Of a stretch of DNA of 53,912 nucleotides, positions 8,711 to 17,530 are shown one piece after another; the stretch's first letter is position 1; each line of letters begins with the position of its first letter. The translations under genes and the position numbers were made by a program. The notes below the pieces were generated by a model. The model was not told the origin of the DNA. It made no database searches and worked only from the letters and a program-made list of their open reading frames with translations. This DNA is from Polyangia bacterium. Its GTDB lineage: Bacteria; Myxococcota_A; Polyangia; Fen-1088. The stretch is taken from the NCBI GenBank assembly GCA_036493295.1, contig DASXQB010000419.1:1-53912 (forward strand). The letters run 5' to 3'.

Positions 8711-11327
8711 GCGGTCCGTGGCCACCGGCCAGCAAGTTGGCGAACAGACGGAACGCGCCCGGCACGCCTTCCGGCAACTGCCGGAAGAACGCCAGGCCGG
8801 TGTAAACGAACGTGCCCTTCCCGTGACGCGCCCACAGGATGCTGCCGCCGAGCGCACGTTCGCCCGGGTCGTGCATCGACACCACCGTTTCATAGTGGGC
8901 GTCCCAGTTCTCGGCGAAATAAAGCCCGCGCTCTTGCACCCAGCCGTCGAAGTCGCGCGCCGTGATGACATTCGGCGTGGTCAGCGCGGGGTGATTCACC
9001 TTCTCCACCGTCACCGCCGCTTCCTCGTCGGTGACCCGGCCGTGGCCGATCTCGAAAGGGTACGGCCCGATCGCCGTCGACAGCGGGGCCAGCCTATTGT
9101 TGGTGTTGTACTGCGCGACCAGGACACCGCCCGCCTCGACGTAGGCCATCAGGGTGGTATGAGCGGCGCGCAGGCGATCGTCGGTGTTGAAGGCGCGCAC
9201 GCCGACCACGATGGCGTCAAAGCGGGCCAGCGCCGCCGAACCCGCAGCCAGCATTTCGTTGCTCACCATCGTCACGTCGTAACCGACGCGGCGCAGGCTG
9301 GCCGGCACGTCGTCGCCTGGGCCTGGGATGTACCCAATGCGGGTGCCGCCGGTGCGAAGCGGCAGCGGCACCAGGCGCACGTCGGCCGGGACCAGCAGCG
9401 TCTGCGTCGGAATGTGCGGGTGCTCGATACGGATGATCCCGCGCGCAAAATGCGTCTCGCCCACGTCGGCCACCACGTGCAGCGTCGCCGCTGTGGTGAC
9501 AGCGCTGGACGGTCCGTGCACTGCGCGCACGGCAAACGTCACGCTGGTCTCGGCGCCCTTGGCGGCCAGCGAAAACGGCGCCGACGTCGGCTCGATCGAC
9601 CAACCGGCTGGCACCGTCGGACGCACCACGCCTGTCACAGCCGGCGCGCCGGCGAGCAAGTTGACCGTCAACTTGCGAGCGCCGCCGCCGTCGGAAAACA
9701 TCAGCACGTCGGTGTCGGGACGAACCGAAACCGCGGGCGTCACCTCCAGCGGGCGATAACGTTCGCCCGTCACCGGATCGGTCCACTTGAAGCTGATCGG
9801 CCGCGCCAGCGTGAAGGTGCGCGCGCCGGCGGTGAAGACGAACTCCACCTGCAGCGGCGCTTCGATCTCCGGCGCGCCGATCTGCCGGGCGTCCGCCACC
9901 GGGTAAAGCCCGGCCTCGGGCGGCGACACCAACCAGTACGGCGTGGTGAGCGGCAGATCCGCGGGCAGGTGCACCGTCTGTTTGTGTTCAAACGACGGCG
10001 CGGCGCCTTTGACGGTGGCCGCCTTCGGCGCCGGCGTTGACAGAGCGTGACCGACGGCCGTCGTGGGTGTGTTCGCCGGCCAGCGAATCTCGCGCAAGGT
10101 GAGGGCGAACGGCGAACGATTGATCGCGCTGGCCACCACGTCGATGTCGGTCCCGGGCGCGGCGCGAAAGTCCGCGGCGGTGGCGTCGACGAACAGCCCG
10201 GCGCAGGCCGCGATGAGCGCGCGCGTCTCTTTCTTTTTCTGCGCGCGCCAACCGGCGTCGGGAGCGGCGTCCAGCGCGGCGTCGATCTCCAGCAGAGCCG
10301 GGATGCTCGCCTGTGGCGCCGCGGGCTGGAACTGACGAGCCGCCTTTTCGATCAATCCGCGCAGGTGCGCCGTGCCCTTGAAGCGCGCCCACGAAACATC
10401 CAGTCCACTCAGAATGCCGCCGATGGCGCCGCCGTCGTTGATCTGGTCACCGCCCGGCGCCTGATCCAAAAGCTTGAAATATTCGACGTCCGTCCCGCGC
10501 GAACGAGCGATGCCGAACCCCTGGCTTTTGTGCATGGTCCGGCTGTCCGCCGCCATCTCGCCGAACGAAACACCCAACAGCGGCTGGTATCCACCCACGT
10601 CCAGGCTGGCGAAGCCCGACATGTCTTCGCCGGGCTTCATGCTCCACGACGACCGGTTCCAGTAGATTCGCCGCGCCTGCCACGGCGTCACGTCGCCGGT
10701 CAGTTGTTCAGGATGGAACTTGGGATCAGCGGCGGCGTGAAAGGCTTGCACCGCCAGCATGGCCGACGCCGTGTGGTGCCCGTGCGTGTCGGCCGGCCCG
10801 GGTGAAAAACGCGTGATGATCACGTCGGGGCGAAACCTCCGGATCACCTGCACCATGTCGGCCAGGATCGGCTCGCGTCCCCAGATCTTCAGCGTCTCTT
10901 CGGGGCTTTTCGAGAAACCGAAGTCGCGCGCCCGGGTGAAGAACTGCTCGGCGCCGTCGATGCGGCGAGCGGCCAGAAGTTCCTGCGTGCGAATAAGACC
11001 CAGCTCCGGACCTTTCTCCGAACCGATCAGGTTCTGCCCACCGTCGCCGCGCGTGGCCGACAGGTAACCCGCGCGCAGCAAGACGCCGTTGCCCAGATAG
11101 GCCAGGAGCTGGGTGTTCTCGTCATCGGGATGAGCGGCGATGTAAAGCGCGCTGCCCACCACGCCCAGTTTGTTCAGCGCCAGTTGAATCTGCGCGGCGT
11201 TCGGTTGCGGCGGCGGACCGGCGGCGTTGGCGCTAGACATGAAGGACAGCCCCAGCGCCAAGCCGACGAGAGACGAACAAAACCATGATGACACCGTCGA
11301 GAAAAACGAAAAAGTGCGTTCGTGCAT
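8700..11327 (-). CDS. Large exported PIG-L (LmbE) family deacetylase fused to a C-terminal ThuA / class-I glutamine-amidotransferase-like domain
   Basis: Taken from ATG 11327 (MHERTFSFFSTVSSWFCSSLVGLALGLSFMSSANA signal peptide) of ORF 8700..11885. The PIG-L motif YIAAHPDDENTQL and a later THGHH are present. The C-terminus (IVVGVRAFNT...GGVLVAQYNT) resembles the ThuA-like domain of the roughly 830-aa LmbE-family proteins. The upstream 186 codons are Arg/Gly-rich and overlap bshC. Confidence 0.85.
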   Translation of the reverse strand: MHERTFSFFSTVSSWFCSSLVGLALGLSFMSSANAAGPPPQPNAAQIQLALNKLGVVGSALYIAAHPDDENTQLLAYLGNGVLLRAGYLSATRGDGGQNLIGSEKGPELGLIRTQELLAARRIDGAEQFFTRARDFGFSKSPEETLKIWGREPILADMVQVIRRFRPDVIITRFSPGPADTHGHHTASAMLAVQAFHAAADPKFHPEQLTGDVTPWQARRIYWNRSSWSMKPGEDMSGFASLDVGGYQPLLGVSFGEMAADSRTMHKSQGFGIARSRGTDVEYFKLLDQAPGGDQINDGGAIGGILSGLDVSWARFKGTAHLRGLIEKAARQFQPAAPQASIPALLEIDAALDAAPDAGWRAQKKKETRALIAACAGLFVDATAADFRAAPGTDIDVVASAINRSPFALTLREIRWPANTPTTAVGHALSTPAPKAATVKGAAPSFEHKQTVHLPADLPLTTPYWLVSPPEAGLYPVADARQIGAPEIEAPLQVEFVFTAGARTFTLARPISFKWTDPVTGERYRPLEVTPAVSVRPDTDVLMFSDGGGARKLTVNLLAGAPAVTGVVRPTVPAGWSIEPTSAPFSLAAKGAETSVTFAVRAVHGPSSAVTTAATLHVVADVGETHFARGIIRIEHPHIPTQTLLVPADVRLVPLPLRTGGTRIGYIPGPGDDVPASLRRVGYDVTMVSNEMLAAGSAALARFDAIVVGVRAFNTDDRLRAAHTTLMAYVEAGGVLVAQYNTNNRLAPLSTAIGPYPFEIGHGRVTDEEAAVTVEKVNHPALTTPNVITARDFDGWVQERGLYFAENWDAHYETVVSMHDPGERALGGSILWARHGKGTFVYTGLAFFRQLPEGVPGAFRLFANLLAGGHGPHGR

Positions 11328-11375
11328 GTGCTTGCCAGCGAAGACCCACAACCCGGGCCGCGCGGGAGTATATAT

Positions 11376-13052
11376 TTGCCTAGCTCCGTGCGCCGCGCAT
11401 TCTCCAGCTCGTACTTGGCAGGCGAAGCGGCGGCGCGCGCCTTCATCGCCAGCGATTTCCGCAGCGCCGACGAAAGAAAAGCGAGCGCCGGGCGGGCGGC
11501 CACGCGCGCGGTGTCGCCGGGTTTGCTGGCGGCCCTGCGGGAACAGGACGCGCGCCTGCCGCCAAGCGAAGCGCGCCGGCGCAACCTGGACGCGCTCGGC
11601 GGCGGCGGCACGGCGGTGGTGGCCACCGGGCAACAAGTCGGATTGTTTCTGGGGCCGCTGTACGGTTTCTACAAGGCCGCGTCGGCCGTCGCCGTGGCCC
11701 GCGCCATCCAGGCAGAATCCGGCGTGCGCTGTGTGCCGCTGTTCTGGTTGCAGACCGAAGACCACGACTTCGCCGAGATCGCCGCCGCGACCATTGCCGG
11801 CACCGACGGCGCGCCGACGATATTGAGCCTGGGCGTGGACGACGGCGGTGAGAACACGCCCGCTGGCCGCTGTTCGATCGCCCACCGCGCGCTGGGCGCC
11901 GAGGTATCCGGCCTGGTCGATGCGCTGGCCGAGGCGCTACCGCCCGGACCCGCCGCGACGGAGATGCTGGCGCTTCTGCGCGCGCACTACGTCGCCGGCC
12001 GCGCGCCGGCGGCGGCGTTCGCCGGCGTCTTGGCCACCCTGTTCGCCGACGAGGGCTTGCTGATCCTGGATCCACGCGACGCGCGGGTGGCGAGCGACGC
12101 GATCCCGATCTACCGCCGCGCCGTCGCCACCGCGCCCGCCGTCGAGCAGTGTCTGAACGCCCGGCGCGCCCACCTGCACGACGCCGGGTTCGACGAGCAG
12201 ATCACCCTGCGCGCCGACTGCGCGCTGCTGTTCTTTCACCCGCGAGGCGTGACCGGCCCGCGCTTTCGCTTGCAGGGCCAGGTCGATCGCACGGCGACAT
12301 CGTCCGGCACGCCGGCGCGCTGGACGCTGGCCGGCGACACGGCGACGGTCACCCACGAAGTTTTGCTAGAAACCTTGCAACGGCAGCCGCTGCGTTTCTC
12401 CACCTCGGCGCTGCTGCGTCCGATCGTGCAGGACACGCTGCTACCCACGGTGGCGTACGTCGGCGGGCCGGGCGAGATCAATTACTTCGCCCAGCTTGGG
12501 CCACTGTACGAACACTTCGGGTTGACGCCGCCGCTGATCGTTCCCCGCGGCCGGTTCCGTTGCATCGACGCCCGCACCCGCCGCCTGCTGCGCGAGCTGG
12601 GCCTGTCCGCGGACGACGCCGCCCGCTCGCGCGCCGAGCTGGGCGATCGCCTGCCGCCGCCGCGCCAGCCGGGCGCGCCCGATCCCGCCCAGCTGCGCCG
12701 GATCGCCGACGAACAGCTGACCCCGGCGCTGGAGGCGATCGTGGCGCCCACCGTGGCCAGTGAACCGGAGCTGGCGCGCGCCGCCGAACGAACGCGTGCC
12801 AGCGTGGCCACCGCCGTGCGCCGCTTCGTCAATCGCTATCAGCGCCGCTTGATGGAACGCGACACCACCACCACCGATCGTCTTGAACGTTTGCAGGCCG
12901 CTCTGTGTCCGAACGGGGTGCCACAAGAACGCGTCTATTCTTGGCCGTCGCTGGCTGGCCGTCACGGCTGGCGCACGCTGAAACAGCTGGTGCTGGAAAA
13001 TCTCGAGACGGCGGGACCGTTCGCCACCGCACTGCGAGACATCGAACCGTGA
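11376..13052 (+). CDS. bshC: Bacillithiol biosynthesis cysteine-adding enzyme BshC
   Basis: Strong similarity, recalled from memory, to B. subtilis BshC blocks: VVATGQQVGLFLGPLY, PLFWLQTEDHD, VGGPGEINYFAQL and PQERVYS. The start is set at TTG 11376, which is preceded by GGGAG with a 7-nt spacer. Alternatives are GTG 11388 and GTG 11322; the last would overlap the divergent gene start. Confidence 0.9.
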   Translation: MPSSVRRAFSSSYLAGEAAARAFIASDFRSADERKASAGRAATRAVSPGLLAALREQDARLPPSEARRRNLDALGGGGTAVVATGQQVGLFLGPLYGFYKAASAVAVARAIQAESGVRCVPLFWLQTEDHDFAEIAAATIAGTDGAPTILSLGVDDGGENTPAGRCSIAHRALGAEVSGLVDALAEALPPGPAATEMLALLRAHYVAGRAPAAAFAGVLATLFADEGLLILDPRDARVASDAIPIYRRAVATAPAVEQCLNARRAHLHDAGFDEQITLRADCALLFFHPRGVTGPRFRLQGQVDRTATSSGTPARWTLAGDTATVTHEVLLETLQRQPLRFSTSALLRPIVQDTLLPTVAYVGGPGEINYFAQLGPLYEHFGLTPPLIVPRGRFRCIDARTRRLLRELGLSADDAARSRAELGDRLPPPRQPGAPDPAQLRRIADEQLTPALEAIVAPTVASEPELARAAERTRASVATAVRRFVNRYQRRLMERDTTTTDRLERLQAALCPNGVPQERVYSWPSLAGRHGWRTLKQLVLENLETAGPFATALRDIEP

Positions 13053-14197
13053 ACGTCTGGCGCATCGGCATCGCCTGTTTTTCCACCTTCGGCGGCAGCG
13101 GCGTCATCGCCACCGAGGTCGGCATGGCGCTGGCCCGACGCGGACACCACGTTCACGTCTTCAGCGACGAACGCCCGGGCCGCCTCCGCAGCGGGCAACC
13201 GAACGTGACGTTTCACCAGGTCGATGCCCGCCAGTATCCGCAGATCAAGGACAGCGCGTACATGCTGGCGTTGACGTCGGCCATCGTCGACGTCAGCCGA
13301 CGCGAAGGGCTGCAGCTGATTCACGCGCACTATGCCCTGCCCCACGCGGTCAGCGCCACGCTGGCCCGCCAGGTGATCGGTGTGGCCGGCGCGCCCAAGC
13401 TGGTCACCACCCTGCACGGCACGGACATCACGCTGGTGGGCAGCGATCCCAGCTTCCTGCCGCTCACGCGCTTTTCGATCTTGGCCAGCGACGCGGTGAC
13501 CACGCCGTCGGCCTGGCTGCGCGAGGCGACCTATCGATTTTTGGACGTGCCCGCGACGCTGGCCATCGACGTGATCCCGAACTTCGTCGACAGCGAACGC
13601 TTCAGCCCCGCAGCGACGAACGCGACCACAGTGGCGACCAGCGCGCGCGATCCGCATGCGCCGCGCGTGCTGGTGCACGTGTCCAACTTCCGCCCGGTGA
13701 AATGCGTGCCGGACGTGGTGCGCGTGTTCGCCCGGGTGCGCGCCACCCGGCCGGCCACGTTGCTGCTGGTCGGCGACGGCCCCGACGCCGAGGGCGTGCG
13801 CGCCCTCGCCGCGACGCTGGGCGTGGCCGACGACGTGCGTTTTCTCGGCGAGCGCATCGATCTGACCGACGTCCTTCGCCGCAGCGACGTCTTCCTGTTG
13901 CCGAGCCAAACCGAAAGCTTCGGCCTGGCCGCGCTGGAGGCGATGGCCTGCGGCGTTCCGGTGGTGGCGTCGGCGGTGGGCGGGTTGCCCGAAGTGATCA
14001 GCGACGGCGAGACCGGCTTGCTGGCGCCGCTCGGTGATCTCGACGCCATGACCGCGCAGGTGCGGCGCCTGCTCGACGACGAGGCGCTGCGCTGGAAGAT
14101 GGGGCGCGCCGCTCGCCAGCGCGCCGCCACCCTCTTTCAAGTAGCGCCCGCCGTGGAGCGCTACGCCGCCGTGTATCGCCGCGTCCTCGGCGGCTGA
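13049..14197 (+). CDS. bshA: N-acetyl-alpha-D-glucosaminyl L-malate synthase BshA (GT4 glycosyltransferase)
   Basis: Taken from GTG 13049 (GTGA overlap with the bshC stop). IGIACFSTFGGSGVIATEVG, HAHYALPHA, TTLHGTDITLVG, HVSNFRPVK, LLLVGDGP and SFGLAALEAMACGVP match the BshA pattern closely. Confidence 0.9.
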   Translation: MNVWRIGIACFSTFGGSGVIATEVGMALARRGHHVHVFSDERPGRLRSGQPNVTFHQVDARQYPQIKDSAYMLALTSAIVDVSRREGLQLIHAHYALPHAVSATLARQVIGVAGAPKLVTTLHGTDITLVGSDPSFLPLTRFSILASDAVTTPSAWLREATYRFLDVPATLAIDVIPNFVDSERFSPAATNATTVATSARDPHAPRVLVHVSNFRPVKCVPDVVRVFARVRATRPATLLLVGDGPDAEGVRALAATLGVADDVRFLGERIDLTDVLRRSDVFLLPSQTESFGLAALEAMACGVPVVASAVGGLPEVISDGETGLLAPLGDLDAMTAQVRRLLDDEALRWKMGRAARQRAATLFQVAPAVERYAAVYRRVLGG

Positions 14198-14222
14198 ACT
14201 TTCGTGCGCAGAGGATCTTCGT

Positions 14223-15083
14223 TCAGATCTTCTTCTTCCAGTTACCGAGCGCGGTCTTGACGTCGTCGGCCAGGAAAAACCCCGGCCCTTTCGAACCCAT
14301 CTCCTGCGCCTTTTCGGCCAGCGGATAGGCCTGCTTGTAATCACCCTTGGCCGCTAGCAACTCGGCCTTGATCCACACGTTGAACCAGTCTTCTTTCAGG
14401 GCCAGCGACTGATCGACGTACTTGAGCCCGGTGTCATAGTCCTTCTTCGTCTCCAGCATGAAGCGCGCGGCCACCGCGTACGGCCGCCACGAATTGCCCA
14501 GCACGGTGCCAATGGTGGCCATGATTTGCTGGTTGGTGGCGACGGTGATCGGAATCGGCAGCCGCACTTTTTCCCATTCCAGATCCAGCGACGCTTTCTC
14601 GTCGGTGAAATCGGTGAATTGATAGGCCAGCCGCTCGCGCATGGGCGCGGTCTTCGGCGTCACGCTGATCCGCGCCACGTCGTCGGCGGCGTTGTAGTCG
14701 GCACCGGTGCCGGCTTGATCGAGCTTCTTGCTGAGGATGACCGTCCACGCCGCCCTGGTCGGGATGACGAACAGCGCGTAGGTCCCGGCGGGCACCGCCT
14801 TGTCGCCGAAGGTGACGTCCTTGCTGAAGGTGACCTTGGTGGGCTGGTTGGCGCCGGCGCGCCACAGCTTGTCGAACGGCACCACCGCGCCCCAGATCTT
14901 GCGGCCCTTGACGCCGGGGCTGCTGTAGTCGACGGCGAGCTCGGTCAGGCCGACGGTCTGCGAGACCTTGGCGCCGGGACTGGGCCGCGGCAGGTCCAGT
15001 TGCTGCGCCGACGACGGGCGGGCGGCGACGGCGAAGACGGCGAAAATCAACAGCGACGAAAAACAGCGACGGGCGCGGGTCAT
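14223..15083 (-). CDS. Secreted DUF2911-domain protein with a C-terminal helical (TPR-like) extension
   Basis: 286 aa with a signal peptide. The DUF2911 pattern is present: SPGAKVSQTVGLTELAVDYSSPGVKGRKIWG...LWRAGANQPTKVTF...AGTYALFVIP. Confidence 0.8.
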   Translation of the reverse strand: MTRARRCFSSLLIFAVFAVAARPSSAQQLDLPRPSPGAKVSQTVGLTELAVDYSSPGVKGRKIWGAVVPFDKLWRAGANQPTKVTFSKDVTFGDKAVPAGTYALFVIPTRAAWTVILSKKLDQAGTGADYNAADDVARISVTPKTAPMRERLAYQFTDFTDEKASLDLEWEKVRLPIPITVATNQQIMATIGTVLGNSWRPYAVAARFMLETKKDYDTGLKYVDQSLALKEDWFNVWIKAELLAAKGDYKQAYPLAEKAQEMGSKGPGFFLADDVKTALGNWKKKI

Positions 15084-15097
15084 GCGAACCTCCTCGG

Positions 15098-17476
15098 CTA
15101 ACGCTTGCGAAGCTTGTCCAACGCGGCGAACGGGTTGTTAAAGGGAGACTTTGGTGGCGGCGGTGAAAACGGCGCCGCAGGCGGGGGCGACGCCCCACCG
15201 CCCCGCGATTGAAAGCCGCTGCGCGACGGCGGAGCCTCGCGTTTTTCCGTCGGCGCGCTGGCGGCGCGCTCGGCTTTCATGGTCAGCGCGATCTGCTTGC
15301 GATCCAGCTTCACCTCCAGCACGCGCACGGTGACGCGATCGCCGGGGCTGACCACCTCGCGCGGATCCTTCACGAACTTGTCCGCCAGTTGCGAGATGTG
15401 CACCAGGCCGTCCTGATGAACGCCGATGTCGACGAAGGCGCCAAAGTTGGTCACGTTGGTGACGATCCCCGGACACGCCATCCCCGGCTGCAGGTCTTTC
15501 AGCTCATGGACGTCCGGGCGATAGGCGAAGGCGACGAAGCCGGCGCGCGGATCGCGGCCCGGTTTTTCCAGCTCGCGGATGATGTCGTCATAGGTGAAGG
15601 CGCCGACCTCTTCCTTCAGCTCGCGCGCCTCCTTCACCTGCTTGACGCCCGCGCCCAGCAGCGCAGCCACGGACACGTCCAGGCGCGCGGCCAATTTTTC
15701 CAGCACCGAGTACCGCTCCGGGTGCACGCCGGTGTTGTCCAGCGGGTGCTCCGCCTCGGGGATGCGCAGAAAACCCGCCGCCTGCTCGAACACCCGCGGC
15801 GAAAAACGGGGCACGTCCAGAAGCTGCGCCCGCGAACGAAACAACCCTTCTTTCCCCCGACGTTCAACGATGGCCCGGGCCAGCGACGGCCCGATGCCAG
15901 AGACGTGACTGAGCAAGTGATACGAAGCGGTGTTCAGGTTGACGCCCACCTGGTTCACGCACGATTCGATCACCGCATCCAGACTCTTCTTCAGGGCGTG
16001 CGGCGAGACGTCGTGCTGGTACTGACCGACGCCGATGCTCTTCGGATCGATCTTCACCAGTTCGGCCAGAGGATCTTGCAGGCGGCGGGCGATGGAGATG
16101 GCGCCGCGAATGGTGAGGTCGAGCTCGGGGAATTCGTCGCGCGCCGCCTCGCTGGCGCTGTACACGCTGGCCCCGGATTCGCTGACCATCACCACCGGCA
16201 CGTCCAGACCGGCGAACTTCAACGCCTCGCGCACGAAGGTCTCGGTCTCGCGCCCGGCGGTGCCGTTGCCGACGGCGATGGCCCGGATGCCGCCCTTGCC
16301 GACCAGATCGGCCAGCACCGGCGCCGCGCTGGCCTTGCCTGCCGGCGTCTCCAAATGCATGAGGCCGCTGCCCACGTATTTGCCGGCGCCGTCGACCACC
16401 GCCAGCTTGCAACCGGTGCGAATCCCAGGGTCCACGCCCAGCACCGCCTTGGGACCAAACGGCGCCGCCAGCAGCAGCTTGCGGACGTTTTCAGCGAACA
16501 CGGTGATGGCCGCCTGGTCGGCGATCTCGCGCAGCGCCTTGTGCACCTCGGTTTCCAGCGACGGGGCGACGTGCGCGCGCAAGGCCATGCGCGCCGCCCG
16601 CTGCAACAACGGCGCGCCGATGAACGACGGCGCCGAACAAGCGGCGTTTTGAAACACCGTGGTCAGTTGTTCCAGCAACGGATCCGTCGCGCGCGCGCCG
16701 TCGTCGTCGGCGTCAAGAGGCAGCGCCCCGCCGATCGACAGCACCAGCTCTTCTTCCATCCAGCCGCGCCGCATGGCCAGGTACCGGTGCGAGCTTTGCG
16801 GCTTGAGCAGCTCGGTGACCGGTTCCTGATAGGCGAAGTAGTTTTCAAAGCGGCTCTGCGGTTTGACCTTCTCGCTCTTGCGCGTCCGCACGCAGCCTTT
16901 TTCGAACAGCGCGCTGCGGGCGATCTGGCGCAGGCCGGCGTCTTCAGACAAACGTTCGACCACGATCTCGCCGGCCCCGGTCAGCGCGGCGTCACCGTCG
17001 GCCACGCCCTTTTCACCGTTGACGAACGCCTGCGCCCGCGACTGTGGCGTCTCACCGGCCGCCGGCTTCGTCGCGCCGTGGCCACAGTCCCACAGCCAGT
17101 TCGCCAGCGGCTCCAGCCCGGCCTCGCGCGCGAGGGCGGCCTTGGTTTTGCGCTTTTGCTTGAAAGGCAGGTACAGATCTTCCAGCTTGGTCAGATCGAA
17201 GGTGGCCAGAAGCTGCGCCTTCAGTTCGGGCGTCAGTTTCTGCTGGCGTTCGATCTCCTCGACGATGAAGGTCTGGCGCTTGACGATCTCGTCCCAGGAT
17301 TCCTTGGCCTCCAGCACCGCGGCGATGGCCACCTCGTCCAGGTTGCCGGTCTCTTCCTTGCGGTAGCGGGCGATGAACGGCACGGTGGCGCCGCCCGCGG
17401 CCAGGCGAAGGACCGCGTCGGCGGAGGCGAGCGGGATCTGCGGGTGGCGCGACGAAAACCAGCTGGAAAAAATCAC
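15098..17476 (-). CDS. tex: Tex-like transcription accessory protein (YhgF; S1 RNA-binding domain at the C-terminus)
   Basis: 792 aa. TVPFIARYRKEETG, the YqgF/RuvC-like core (GVDPGIRTGCKLAVVD), IGVGQYQHDV, the HhH region and a C-terminal S1 domain (GIVTNVTNFGAFVDIGVHQDGLVHIS) are collinear with E. coli YhgF. Confidence 0.95.
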   Translation of the reverse strand: MIFSSWFSSRHPQIPLASADAVLRLAAGGATVPFIARYRKEETGNLDEVAIAAVLEAKESWDEIVKRQTFIVEEIERQQKLTPELKAQLLATFDLTKLEDLYLPFKQKRKTKAALAREAGLEPLANWLWDCGHGATKPAAGETPQSRAQAFVNGEKGVADGDAALTGAGEIVVERLSEDAGLRQIARSALFEKGCVRTRKSEKVKPQSRFENYFAYQEPVTELLKPQSSHRYLAMRRGWMEEELVLSIGGALPLDADDDGARATDPLLEQLTTVFQNAACSAPSFIGAPLLQRAARMALRAHVAPSLETEVHKALREIADQAAITVFAENVRKLLLAAPFGPKAVLGVDPGIRTGCKLAVVDGAGKYVGSGLMHLETPAGKASAAPVLADLVGKGGIRAIAVGNGTAGRETETFVREALKFAGLDVPVVMVSESGASVYSASEAARDEFPELDLTIRGAISIARRLQDPLAELVKIDPKSIGVGQYQHDVSPHALKKSLDAVIESCVNQVGVNLNTASYHLLSHVSGIGPSLARAIVERRGKEGLFRSRAQLLDVPRFSPRVFEQAAGFLRIPEAEHPLDNTGVHPERYSVLEKLAARLDVSVAALLGAGVKQVKEARELKEEVGAFTYDDIIRELEKPGRDPRAGFVAFAYRPDVHELKDLQPGMACPGIVTNVTNFGAFVDIGVHQDGLVHISQLADKFVKDPREVVSPGDRVTVRVLEVKLDRKQIALTMKAERAASAPTEKREAPPSRSGFQSRGGGASPPPAAPFSPPPPKSPFNNPFAALDKLRKR

Positions 17477-17530
17477 CGGCGATACCGATAGCGCTTGGTC
17501 GCCGATTTCGCAACCGATCGCCGCACCGAT

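Noticed and set aside
8700-11327. The large PIG-L protein divergent from bshC-bshA as the missing bacillithiol deacetylase BshB.
   Set aside because: It has a clear N-terminal signal peptide, is about 875 aa with a ThuA-like domain, and is operonic with a symporter. BshB is a small cytoplasmic enzyme. The same argument applies to the PIG-L at 1860-3221.
11328-11885. N-terminal 186-codon extension of the large PIG-L ORF. Analogous extensions occur in ORFs 1437.., 12905.., 17495.., 32956..34425, 34176.., 34877.., 36067.., 42394.., 29988..31490 and 31115..33196.
   Set aside because: The extensions are Arg/Gly-rich and overlap neighbouring real genes. Internal starts with signal peptides, SD sequences or ATGA/GTGA coupling give proteins of normal family length.
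15209-17491. 760-aa plus-strand ORF covering the whole tex locus.
   Set aside because: The opposite strand encodes a full-length, motif-perfect Tex protein. The plus-strand translation is Arg/Gly/His-rich with no domain signature.
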